58,277 nt of DNA from positions 1 through 58,277 of IMG/VR virus record IMGVR_UViG_3300045988_058281; one strand, written 5' to 3'. A program made the position numbers and the translations under genes. The notes beneath the pieces were generated by a model, which saw only the letters and a list, made by a program, of their open reading frames with translations, was not told the DNA's origin and made no database searches. The stretch comes from a virus. Shown one piece after another: positions 1 through 7,337 of the stretch. Position 1 is the stretch's first letter; each line of letters begins with the position of its first letter.

Positions 1-396
1 ATGAGAGAAATCCTTTTCAAAGCCAAGCGGCTGGATAATGGAGAATGTGTAGATGGATTCTACTGCTGTATTGGGCCAGCCGGTCAAGAAAAGCACTACA
101 TTATTCCGGAATATGCCTCTGCGTTCTATGGAGTTGAGGTTGACCCCTCCACGGTCTGCCAGTACACCGGCCTGACCGACAAGAACAGGAAGAAGATTTT
201 TGAGGGAGACATCATCCGCTGGACGAACTGGAGGGGCGAACAAAAAGAAGCCCCTGTATGCTATGACCCAGAGTGGAATAGATTTTGCGTTTGGCTGAAT
301 GGCGCTGAAAGTATGGGCGTAAACAAGCATCTTTCAACTGGCGGAATTGAGATCATTGGTTCCATCCACGACGGGGAGGGCGACGACGATGATTAA
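1..396 (+). CDS. YopX-family phage protein
   Basis: 131-aa ORF. The REILFKAKR start and the QYTGLTDKNRKKIFEGDII motif are typical of YopX proteins. The first 119 nt recur at the window end. Confidence 0.8.
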   Translation: MREILFKAKRLDNGECVDGFYCCIGPAGQEKHYIIPEYASAFYGVEVDPSTVCQYTGLTDKNRKKIFEGDIIRWTNWRGEQKEAPVCYDPEWNRFCVWLNGAESMGVNKHLSTGGIEIIGSIHDGEGDDDD

Positions 397-598
397 ACTG
401 CTCCTTTTCCTGGGAATCATCCTGTCTATTGTCAAAGCAAATGGATGGTTTATAGTACCGATGCCTGTTTTGGTTTTCTGCTGGGTGATGAGTTTTGTTT
501 GTTGGCTCATTTATTCGTATGCTCTTGGTGTAGGCGAAGGAGCCGCAAAAGAGATGAAGAAGCAAATTCGAGACGGGGAGGGCGGACAGTGTGAGTGA
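389..598 (+). CDS. small membrane protein (2 predicted TM helices)
   Basis: ATG at 389 overlaps the upstream stop (ATGA). GGGGAGGG lies 8 nt upstream. Sequence is hydrophobic (MIKLLLFLGIILSIV...). Confidence 0.5.
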   Translation: MIKLLLFLGIILSIVKANGWFIVPMPVLVFCWVMSFVCWLIYSYALGVGEGAAKEMKKQIRDGEGGQCE

Positions 599-869
599 GT
601 GGATTAGCGTCAAGGAGAGACTGCCGCAAGCAACGGGGAAATATTTGTGCGCAGTAAAAGATAAAAGAGGGAATCTATGGACGATTGCCAGCGATTGGAG
701 CCTTGAAATGAAATCATGGTTTGGCGATTATGGGGAAATCAAAAATAAAGTCACCCACTGGATGCCACTCCCAGACCCGCCGAAGGAGGGATGCGATACG
801 AACGGAGAAGCAAAAAAATATACGGCGGAAGAAATTAAGGAATTAGCAAAGAAAGCATTTGAGGCTTGA
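591..869 (+). CDS. DUF551-like phage protein
   Basis: GTG start with a GGGGAGGG RBS. WISVKERLP and VTHWMPLPDPP motifs are typical of DUF551. Confidence 0.75.
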   Translation: MSEWISVKERLPQATGKYLCAVKDKRGNLWTIASDWSLEMKSWFGDYGEIKNKVTHWMPLPDPPKEGCDTNGEAKKYTAEEIKELAKKAFEA

Positions 870-894
870 CAAGCTGCTTGTTTTATATTATGAT
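866..894 (+). promoter_or_regulatory. sigma-A-type promoter upstream of the packaging module
   Basis: TTGACA (866..871), 17-nt spacer, TATGAT (889..894). Confidence 0.5.
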
Positions 895-936
895 ATAAAG
901 GGGATATATAGGTAAAATGAAATATAGTAATCCTAC

Positions 937-1371
937 ATGGGAGCCTTACTTCAAAGACATCGCTCCTATTCTATCAAAACTCTACTTTATGACCAACTCA
1001 GGAACTATCAAATACATTGTGGCGACTATGATTTTCAAGAAGATGTCCTTTCTCGAATGGAGGAACGAACATTGGACTTAACAAAATACGAAATGGAAAC
1101 TATCTATAACTACAATCAGGAAGAGCCTCTTGCCTCCTGCTACACGATGGACCGTGCCCTGATCCGCCGATTAGATGTACTTGCCGAAAAACACAAAGAA
1201 ATTACTTTACTTAGAAGTGGTGAAGGAATGAGGGAATATACTTTCCCAAAGAAGTGGATTAAAGTCCGCGTCCCAAAGAAACTATCGGACGAACAGCGTG
1301 AAAACATGGCAAAGAGAGCGAGAGAGAGGTTTGGGTTTGCGAAGGAAGGTGACAACTCTGAGCAAGAATGA
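937..1371 (+). CDS. hypothetical protein (start uncertain)
   Basis: 144-aa ORF with no clear RBS at 937. Alternative starts are at 1057, or an overlapping 55-aa ORF at 918..1085 in another frame. The C-terminal half looks protein-like. Confidence 0.45.
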   Translation: MGALLQRHRSYSIKTLLYDQLRNYQIHCGDYDFQEDVLSRMEERTLDLTKYEMETIYNYNQEEPLASCYTMDRALIRRLDVLAEKHKEITLLRSGEGMREYTFPKKWIKVRVPKKLSDEQRENMAKRARERFGFAKEGDNSEQE

Positions 1372-1378
1372 TACGACT

Positions 1379-1903
1379 ATGGAGCAAGGGAAAACTATCG
1401 TAAAGGCAAGGGGCCGTGGAGGCAAAGAGAACTTTCCAAGCGTCATATCTGGAGCAAAGGCAGAAGATATATCCCGCTGTATGGGTAACTGTATGATGTT
1501 CTATGATAGACCCATTGTTAAATCCGATGAAGAGTGCAGAGAGCGACTATATGAGTTCTTTGACACCTGCCAAAAAACAGGACAGTTGCCTACTGTTGAG
1601 AAGATGGTCATGGCATTAGGGACTATCAAGCAGACGGTTTGGAACTGGGAAAATGGGATTGGGTGCAGCTCTGTGCGCATGGACCTCATTAAAAAAGCCA
1701 AAGGATTTATTGCATCTTTTGAGTCTGAAATGGTCACAGAGGGCAAAATTAACCCCGTTGTTTACATTTTTAGGGCAAAGAACTATTTCGGCATGAAGGA
1801 TCAGCAAGAGGTCGTCCTGACACCAAATCAACCCCTCGGCGACTCTCCCGACCAAAAGCAGCTTGAAGAGCGGATCGCCGGGTCTGTGGTGGTGGAGGAA
1901 TAG
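1379..1903 (+). CDS. terS: terminase small subunit
   Basis: 174 aa from the internal ATG at 1379. PTVEKMVMALGTIKQTVWNW (HTH-like) and NPVVYIFRAKNYFGMKD motifs are typical of Firmicutes phage TerS. Confidence 0.75.
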   Translation: MEQGKTIVKARGRGGKENFPSVISGAKAEDISRCMGNCMMFYDRPIVKSDEECRERLYEFFDTCQKTGQLPTVEKMVMALGTIKQTVWNWENGIGCSSVRMDLIKKAKGFIASFESEMVTEGKINPVVYIFRAKNYFGMKDQQEVVLTPNQPLGDSPDQKQLEERIAGSVVVEE

Positions 1904-2005
1904 CGACTATGGCAACGACTATCGACTATGGTAGCGACTATGGCACAGATTCCATCGACTATCAAACGACTATGGCTGAAGATTCGCCAATGGCTATCGA
2001 CTATG
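1904..2005 (+). repeat. array of 7 CGACTAT(GG) repeats (candidate pac/TerS binding array)
   Basis: Copies start at 1904, 1916, 1923, 1935, 1956, 1967 and 1998. Isolated copies lie at 1023 and at 1374, the latter containing the terS ATG. Confidence 0.8.
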
Positions 2006-2217
2006 ACAGACTCTCGCGCGGGAAGCTGTGCCCGCTCAAAGCTACTGAGCCGCCCGATCTGGACGCAATACTGAGGGTTGGCGCGATAAAGTGCCGCACT
2101 GATGGCGAGCCGCCCCGCGTGGAGTATATCGGCGGGCAGTGTGACGGCCCCCGCTGCGCCTGGTGGGATGCGATGGCGGAGCGCTGCGCCGTCCTCTCCC
2201 TGGCCCGGAACAAATGA
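1909..2217 (+). CDS. hypothetical Cys-containing protein; N-terminus encoded by the repeat array
   Basis: 102-aa ORF. Repetitive IDY/DYG N-terminus and a CxxxxxC...C C-terminal half. Confidence 0.5.
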   Translation: MATTIDYGSDYGTDSIDYQTTMAEDSPMAIDYDRLSRGKLCPLKATEPPDLDAILRVGAIKCRTDGEPPRVEYIGGQCDGPRCAWWDAMAERCAVLSLARNK

Positions 2218-2221
2218 CAAC

Positions 2222-2261
2222 GCCCCGGCTTGCTCCTAGCGGAGTGGGCCGGGGTTGCTTT
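2222..2261 (+). terminator. stem-loop after the terS unit
   Basis: GCCCCGGC (2222..2229) pairs with GCCGGGGT (2248..2255), followed by TTGCTTT. The loop is large, so this is a weak call. Confidence 0.4.
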
Positions 2262-2489
2262 ATGACCTGCTGGCCGCTCTGTGGGACGCTGTAGGCCGTT
2301 TAGGGTCGCGGGAGTATAGGGATACTTCCAGACGCTAAAATCCGCTCTACGGGCCTGTAAATGGCCTTTACGGAGGTTTTACTTTTTTGCCTCTCCCCTG
2401 CCCCGCTGGACACGGGCACAAAAATGCCGCCTAGAGGCCATAGGATGCCACGCAAGCGGCGGGAAGCTATTGGAGGGTATAGGAAACAC

Positions 2490-2528
2490 GGGAAAAAGAA
2501 AACCCGCCCCAGGAAAGCCCAGGGCGGG
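2490..2528 (-). terminator. intrinsic terminator of the minus-strand cassette
   Basis: Minus strand reads CCCGCCCUGGGCUUUCCUGGGGCGGG followed by UUUUCUUUUU. Confidence 0.7.
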
Positions 2529-2601
2529 CGCTGTGGTACTCAAGATTTTTTCGCCGTCTCCCAGATCACCATAAATGGAAGAAGGACAATAAACAGGATA
2601 A

Positions 2602-2940
2602 TCAAGCGGGGGTCATCTCCTCCCACGTTTTGCCCATACGGCGCACAAAATAATAACTTGCGCCGTAGTCCTCTATGGTGTCTCCTGTCGGGGGCAAATC
2701 ATGCGCCAAAAATACCATGATAACCGCCTTGATCCATTCTCGGCGGGCCTCAAAATAATCTTCCCGTCTTACGTCAATATCATAGCCAACGACAAAACAG
2801 AGCGGGCAACGGTCATACAGGCCGGACAAATCAAAATCAATGTACGTTGTTCCGGGAATCGCTGTCAAATCGTTTTCCAACGCTTGCAGCCGGTCAAGCA
2901 GTCCAAAACGGGCCGCAGTGTCAATTTCTCTTTTCTTCAT
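2602..2940 (-). CDS. hypothetical protein
   Basis: Start MKKREI at 2940 is preceded by GGAGGAA with a 6-nt spacer. 112 aa. Confidence 0.6.
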   Translation of the reverse strand: MKKREIDTAARFGLLDRLQALENDLTAIPGTTYIDFDLSGLYDRCPLCFVVGYDIDVRREDYFEARREWIKAVIMVFLAHDLPPTGDTIEDYGASYYFVRRMGKTWEEMTPA

Positions 2941-2970
2941 GGTCATTTCCTCCATTCTCCGGCGGGCGGG

Positions 2971-3174
2971 TTAAGCCCGCGCCGCGTTGTCAATGTCGCT
3001 TTCCCTAACCGCCCACGTTTGGCGGCGGGGATCGTTTACAAGTTCGAAAGTATACCACCAGCCGCCCGCGTCGTAATGCTCAAACCGGACGTTGCGCACA
3101 AGGCCCGGGAATGTGCGGGATAACATTTTCCACAACTCAAGATCAGCCATTCGGCGGCGCTCCTCGAATGTCAT
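2971..3174 (-). CDS. hypothetical protein
   Basis: Start MTFEE at 3174 is preceded by GAGGAGGG with an 8-nt spacer. 67 aa. Confidence 0.55.
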   Translation of the reverse strand: MTFEERRRMADLELWKMLSRTFPGLVRNVRFEHYDAGGWWYTFELVNDPRRQTWAVRESDIDNAARA

Positions 3175-3188
3175 TTTTTCGGCCCTCC

Positions 3189-3623
3189 TCATGCGTACAT
3201 TTCTACGACGTAAACCGGGGCGGAATTGTCAATCAGCATTTCCCCGGCGGCCTGCACCGCGTCTTTCACACGCTCCCAGCCGCACCCGCCAACCTCTGAG
3301 TTGAACTTAATACCGGCGGCCCTAAACGCAGATTCTACAGCGGCGCTTCCCTTGTGATACCCATAGCCCCCAGCTGTTCCGCTCCCGCTGTTCCAGCACC
3401 CGCCCATGTCGTTTTTTGCAAATTCTCCGGGCTGATAGCACCAAACGCAAGCATAGGGCGTTCCGCTGCTGGTAAACGCAATTCTGAGATCTACCAGGTC
3501 AACGAGCTTCCCGGCGTCCATGTACACGGCCTTATATCCACGGGCAAGGCCGTTTTTCTCTTCCCGCTCACGGTGGGAAAGGCGGATTCCTTCGGCGTTT
3601 TGCTTAATCATGGTTGCATTCAT
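3189..3623 (-). CDS. hypothetical protein (GGYGYHKGSAA motif)
   Basis: Start MNATMIKQ at 3623 is preceded by AAGGGAG with an 8-nt spacer. 144 aa. Confidence 0.65.
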   Translation of the reverse strand: MNATMIKQNAEGIRLSHREREEKNGLARGYKAVYMDAGKLVDLVDLRIAFTSSGTPYACVWCYQPGEFAKNDMGGCWNSGSGTAGGYGYHKGSAAVESAFRAAGIKFNSEVGGCGWERVKDAVQAAGEMLIDNSAPVYVVEMYA

Positions 3624-3906
3624 TTTTATAACTCCCTTCTTGTATTCCGGGCCCGCCCGTGATACAATAGGGGCGCGCCCTGGTTCGTGGTTGTTCTGGG
3701 GTTTTCTTTGCCCTGGCCACTGTTGCAAGCGGTGGCCGGGGCTTTATTTTTTAGGACACGGGGGAAAATTTACGGCATTGCCCCCTCTGCGCTCCTGCTG
3801 CCCTGTCAGGTCGTTCTCTTAGACGATTTGTCCCAGTTTCAAATTTCATCGCGTACACTGGGAGTTCTACACGTCGCCGCTATTGCGCTACGTGTGGGTT
3901 TAGCTT

Positions 3907-3963
3907 CCCACGACGCCCTTTCGGGCGTTTCGGCCGGTTGCCGTCCGGCTCTCGTCAGGTGGG
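3907..3963 (-). ncRNA. hammerhead ribozyme, type I topology (stem I open)
   Basis: Minus strand reads CCCAC-CUGACGA-G(A)GCCGG-ACGGCAA-CCGGCC-GAAA-CGCCC-GAAA-GGGCG-UC/GUGGG. All conserved core nucleotides are present. Predicted cleavage is after C at 3912. Confidence 0.8.
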
Positions 3964-4104
3964 GATCGCAGCCTGCAGCGCGTTGTACAGCGCACAATAC
4001 GCGTCGTAACTGGCGGCGTGGATGTTGGCGGCGTCGTTGATCGCCTCGTCTCTGCGGATTCCGTGCTCCATTGCACACATAACCTCTCTAATGATGTTTT
4101 CCAT
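3955..4104 (-). CDS. small hypothetical protein (49 aa)
   Basis: Start MENIIREV at 4104 with a GGGAGGGAAAG RBS. Its UGA stop (3957..3955) is part of the hammerhead CUGA core. Confidence 0.5.
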   Translation of the reverse strand: MENIIREVMCAMEHGIRRDEAINDAANIHAASYDAYCALYNALQAAIPT

Positions 4105-4155
4105 TTTCTTTCCCTCCCGGCCTGTGGCCTGTCGTTGTTTGTTCCTTGTGAGTAT

Positions 4156-4184
4156 AATATAGCATATCATTTGGGTTGTGTCAA
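4156..4184 (-). promoter_or_regulatory. sigma-A-type promoter of the minus-strand cassette
   Basis: On the minus strand: TTGACA (4184..4179), 17-nt spacer, TATATT (4161..4156). Confidence 0.6.
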
Positions 4185-4476
4185 TATATTTTGAGATAAT
4201 TTAGTATCAGAATAACGCACAAATAACCCGTGTGCAATTTGTTTATATTGTATCATTAGATTATAACCTAAAGATACGGTTAAAGGAGAGGCCACGCTGG
4301 CCATAGCAGGCAACGGGCCGTGCAAGCCACACCGGCGGGGGATATTTGGCGGAATAATGTAGGTAGGTCAGTCCCATCAGCACCGAAAACAGAAAAAAGG
4401 CCTTGATGTATCAAAATTTATATTGACACAAAAGAAATGATATGATACCATTGATACAATGAAGGAGGCGAGACAA

Positions 4477-5067
4477 ATGAGAATTGGATATGTGCGGGTG
4501 TCCACAGAGGGGCAGAATACTGACCGGCAAGACGAGTTAATGCGAGAACTGAATGTTGAAAAGGTATATACTGATAAGCAGAGCGGGAAGAGCAAGGAGC
4601 GCCCCGGACTGAAAGACATGATGAATTTTGTCCGTGAGGGAGACACGGTTGTTGTTGAAAGCATTAGTAGGTTTGCGAGAAGTACGAAAGACCTTCTTAG
4701 TTTGTTGGATGATTTGAAGGTGAAGGGCGTAGAGTTTTACTCCAAGAAAGAGGCGTTTGACACCACTACTCCGCAGGGGAAATTTGTGTTGACGATGTTC
4801 GGCGCGCTGGCGGAGCTGGAGCGGGAACAGATTTTGCAGAGACAAGCCGAAGGGATTGCGGAGGCGAAAAAGAAAGGGAAGTACACTGGAAGAAAGCCTA
4901 TTGCCGTTGATGAAGATGCTTTCACGGAGCAGTATAGGGCGTGGAAGAATGGGGAGACTTCCCCGAAGTTTATTTGTAAGAAACTTGGGCTAAGCCACGC
5001 CACCTTCTATCGCAGGGTAAAGGCTTACGAGGAAAAGCACGGAATAGTTAAAACGGAGGATAACTGA
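4477..5067 (+). CDS. small serine recombinase (resolvase/invertase family)
   Basis: MRIGYVRVSTEGQNTDRQ catalytic N-terminus, a GKYTGRKP linker and a C-terminal HTH (LGLSHATFYRRV). GAAGGAGG RBS. Confidence 0.9.
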   Translation: MRIGYVRVSTEGQNTDRQDELMRELNVEKVYTDKQSGKSKERPGLKDMMNFVREGDTVVVESISRFARSTKDLLSLLDDLKVKGVEFYSKKEAFDTTTPQGKFVLTMFGALAELEREQILQRQAEGIAEAKKKGKYTGRKPIAVDEDAFTEQYRAWKNGETSPKFICKKLGLSHATFYRRVKAYEEKHGIVKTEDN

Positions 5068-5423
5068 TGGATGAAAAAGTGTTCAATCATGGCCTGTTAT
5101 CTTATCTTGAAGGAAAAGTTGTAGAGAATGGAACGATGCACATAGATTCTGTTTTTCGGTTTGAGAAAAATCCAGAAGATTTGCCTGCGTTCCTTTGGAT
5201 AGCAAAAGAGAAAAATTGCACTATTGTTTTTGAAAACGAGGGATACACATTCAAGCCGCAGTCAGAAAACGACATGGGCGATGCCACAGTTCTTTCTGGG
5301 CTGATGATTTACATGAATATGGGGAAAACATTGTTTGGAAAGCGGGTAAATTATCTGATGAACCTGCTGACAAATGAGAATTGGGTAAAGGGCGTACACG
5401 AGCCTATTTTGGGGGAGGGATAA
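5067..5423 (+). CDS. hypothetical protein
   Basis: 118-aa ORF. Its ATG overlaps the recombinase stop (TGATG). AT-rich like its neighbours. Confidence 0.6.
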   Translation: MDEKVFNHGLLSYLEGKVVENGTMHIDSVFRFEKNPEDLPAFLWIAKEKNCTIVFENEGYTFKPQSENDMGDATVLSGLMIYMNMGKTLFGKRVNYLMNLLTNENWVKGVHEPILGEG

Positions 5424-5425
5424 TC

Positions 5426-5953
5426 ATGCGGGGCAGGAAATCCACTACTGGTTTGATAATGCTGATTATCCTTATTGGGGTTCCGTTATATTTGTTGTCT
5501 GAATATCCGTGGGTCATACTGATACTTGTTGCAGTCGGTGCGGCTGTAATTGTAAGCGTTGTGTCGAGCGGGAAAAATGTCAGACAAGTAGATATGTCAG
5601 AAATTGATATAATGAGCGGAGAGGAATTTGAACGATATGTAGCGGCGCTTCTGAGGGCAAACGGTTTTTCCAATGTGCAGATGACAAAAGCAAGCGGGGA
5701 TTATGGCGTAGATGTTCTTGCAAGCAAAGATGGTGAGCGATATGCGATTCAATGCAAGAGATATGCAAAGAATGTGGGGGTAAAGTCGGTACAGGAAGTA
5801 TACGCCGGAGCACCCATGTATAAGGCGACACGGTGTGCTGTCATCACAAATATGTATTTTTCTGATAACGGAAGGACGCTTGCAAACAAACTTGGCGTTA
5901 AACTGTGGGATAGGACAGATTTAATGCGAATGATGGCAAATGTGCCAAACTAA
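5426..5953 (+). CDS. membrane-anchored restriction-endonuclease-like protein (Mrr_cat-type PD-(D/E)xK domain)
   Basis: Two N-terminal TM helices, then EEFERYVAALLRANGF...GDYGVDVLA...AIQCKRY, typical of the Mrr catalytic domain. Confidence 0.75.
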   Translation: MRGRKSTTGLIMLIILIGVPLYLLSEYPWVILILVAVGAAVIVSVVSSGKNVRQVDMSEIDIMSGEEFERYVAALLRANGFSNVQMTKASGDYGVDVLASKDGERYAIQCKRYAKNVGVKSVQEVYAGAPMYKATRCAVITNMYFSDNGRTLANKLGVKLWDRTDLMRMMANVPN

Positions 5954-5966
5954 AAAATTTTTCCAA

Positions 5967-6062
5967 ATGCAAAAAGACGGCTCCATCACAGTGGAGGCCG
6001 CCTGTAAGCAGATGGGTATTAGCAAAAGTCAGTGGTATGTGCTGGTAAGGAGAGGGGCCTAA
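5967..6062 (+). CDS. 31-aa HTH-like micro-ORF (possible gene fragment)
   Basis: MQKDGSITVEAACKQMGISKSQWYVLVRRGA resembles a recombinase/sigma-r4-type HTH. No good RBS. Confidence 0.25.
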   Translation: MQKDGSITVEAACKQMGISKSQWYVLVRRGA

Positions 6063-6093
6063 AAATCCGCCGCAGACAAAAAGGAGCGAAACA

Positions 6094-6414
6094 ATGAACA
6101 ACTTCAAGGTCATATATCGGATATTGAGGTACTTGGAAGCGGCACTTGACTGTGAGGAGTTTGATGTTGAGACGATCAGCCCGTTTCGACTGGGTGTGAC
6201 CCGTGAGCGTTGGGAACAGATTTTGATTATGATGCAGGACAGCGGGTACATTAAGGGAATTGTTGTGACGAAGAACCTGGGAGATATGAAGCGGCATATT
6301 ACGGAGCCGATTTGCCCAGAGATCACGATTATTGGATTGGAGTATCTGGAAGAAAACAGGTTTATGCGTAAGGCGGCCAATATGCTGAAGGGCGCAGTGG
6401 ATGTTGTAAAGTGA
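6094..6414 (+). CDS. YjcQ-like phage protein
   Basis: 106 aa. IYRILRYLE...QDSGYIKGI...ITIIGLEYLEEN pattern resembles the YjcQ family. Confidence 0.6.
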   Translation: MNNFKVIYRILRYLEAALDCEEFDVETISPFRLGVTRERWEQILIMMQDSGYIKGIVVTKNLGDMKRHITEPICPEITIIGLEYLEENRFMRKAANMLKGAVDVVK

Positions 6415-6429
6415 AAATTCCGCGAAAAA

Positions 6430-6455
6430 CAAAAAGACCTCCCCAGCAGGGAGAT
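6430..6455 (-). terminator. intrinsic terminator of toxin locus 1 mRNA
   Basis: Minus strand reads GAUCUCCCUGCUGGGGAGGUC followed by UUUUUGUUUUU. Confidence 0.6.
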
Positions 6456-6495
6456 CATCGTTGACAAAATCATATTGGGCGATTATACTGTAAAC

Positions 6496-6587
6496 AGAAA
6501 AGGGCGTTGCCGGTTCCGGTCAGCCCCTCAAATTACGTCGAAATGATCGCCGCTCTTGTCAGGACGCCGGCGGTCATTTCTTTTTGC
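6496..6587 (+). ncRNA. candidate antisense (antitoxin) RNA of locus 1
   Basis: Promoter is TTGACA (6461..6466), 17 nt, TATACT (6484..6489). A 10-bp terminator stem (6543..6552 / 6568..6577) is followed by TTCTTTTT. The RNA overlaps the toxin 3' end. Confidence 0.5.
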
Positions 6588-6660
6588 ATATCTGGTAGAC
6601 CAGACTGCAAATACCAACGATTAAAATGCCGATTTGAATCAGATCGGAATATGTAACCAT
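6574..6660 (-). CDS. 28-aa hydrophobic Lys-tailed peptide (Hol-Tox / type I toxin-like), locus 1
   Basis: MVTYSDLIQIGILIVGICSLVYQICKKK. The RBS GGAGGG has a 6-nt spacer and can be sequestered by the upstream CCCTCC. Below the ORF-track size cut-off. Confidence 0.6.
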   Translation of the reverse strand: MVTYSDLIQIGILIVGICSLVYQICKKK

Positions 6661-6787
6661 AGGCAGCCCTCCTCTCTGGAGGGCAAGGTCCCTCCGTCAT
6701 TCGTGAGAATGCTTTGGGCTGACCTTTGCCGACAACGCTTGAACTTAGGATACCATACCACTCGACAAGATGCAAGAATAATCGCCA

Positions 6788-6817
6788 TTGACAGGGAAGA
6801 TATAAATTATATATAAT
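6788..6817 (+). promoter_or_regulatory. sigma-A-type promoter upstream of DUF551/terL
   Basis: TTGACA (6788..6793), 18-nt spacer, TATAAT (6812..6817). Confidence 0.5.
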
Positions 6818-7031
6818 CAGACACGCGGGTATTTGAGGTTGGAAATGGCTCCCGACACTCCCTTGTATGAGGACGGAACGGGCAGCCGTCGCCCTAGTTG
6901 GAGATGCGTGAGTGCTGACACGCCGCAAGAGAACCTGAGATGCAGGATACGCCGCCCTGCCAAATATCCAGAGTAAGCCGGAGGTGTCTGAATGGATGCT
7001 TCCGGCTTGCTGCATGATTGGAGGGAACATA

Positions 7032-7253
7032 ATGGACTGGATCAAAGTAACGCCTGAGACTATGCCGCCGGATATGGAGCCGGTGATGGTGACGCTGATG
7101 TTTAGTGACGCTGATGGAAAGTTCGTGTGGGCGGATGCCCGATACAACGGCGTGAAATGGGAATATCTATCAAATAGCTGGGATAACGTGTGGAGCGACG
7201 TAGATGGGGAGGTAACTCACTGGATGCCGTACCCAGAACCGGCGGAAGATTGA
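7032..7253 (+). CDS. DUF551-like phage protein (second copy)
   Basis: Start MDWIKVTPE with a GGAGGGAA RBS. VTHWMPYPEP motif. Confidence 0.75.
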   Translation: MDWIKVTPETMPPDMEPVMVTLMFSDADGKFVWADARYNGVKWEYLSNSWDNVWSDVDGEVTHWMPYPEPAED

Positions 7254-7261
7254 ATAATTGT

Positions 7262-7305
7262 AGTGCCAAGTGCCTCTCCAGATGGAGCGAACAGTGCCAA
7301 GTGCC
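7262..7305 (+). promoter_or_regulatory. AGTGCCAAGTGCC motif pair A (terL leader)
   Basis: Exact 13-mers at 7262..7274 and 7293..7305. Confidence 0.75.
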
Positions 7306-7336
7306 TTTTATCTTACGGGATAGGAGGCACTTTTTT
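7299..7336 (+). terminator. terminator-like / RBS-sequestering hairpin
   Basis: AAGTGCCT (7299..7306) pairs with AGGCACTT (7325..7332). A T-run extends to 7336. The 3' arm overlaps the GGAGG RBS (7323..7327). Confidence 0.5.
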
Positions 7337-7337
7337 C

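Noticed and set aside
2361-2720. 119-aa plus-strand ORF (very basic)
   Set aside because: It spans a bidirectional terminator and overlaps the 3' end of a minus-strand gene. Its Arg/Lys/Gly/Pro-rich low-complexity sequence suggests an artefact.
6533-7147. 204-aa minus-strand ORF
   Set aside because: It crosses a promoter, the toxin locus and the DUF551 gene in antisense. There is no RBS and the composition is not protein-like.
7263-7337. Track start of terL at GTG 7263
   Set aside because: That GTG lies inside the first AGTGCCAAGTGCC motif and upstream of the leader hairpin. GTG 7338, 10 nt after GGAGG, is a better start.
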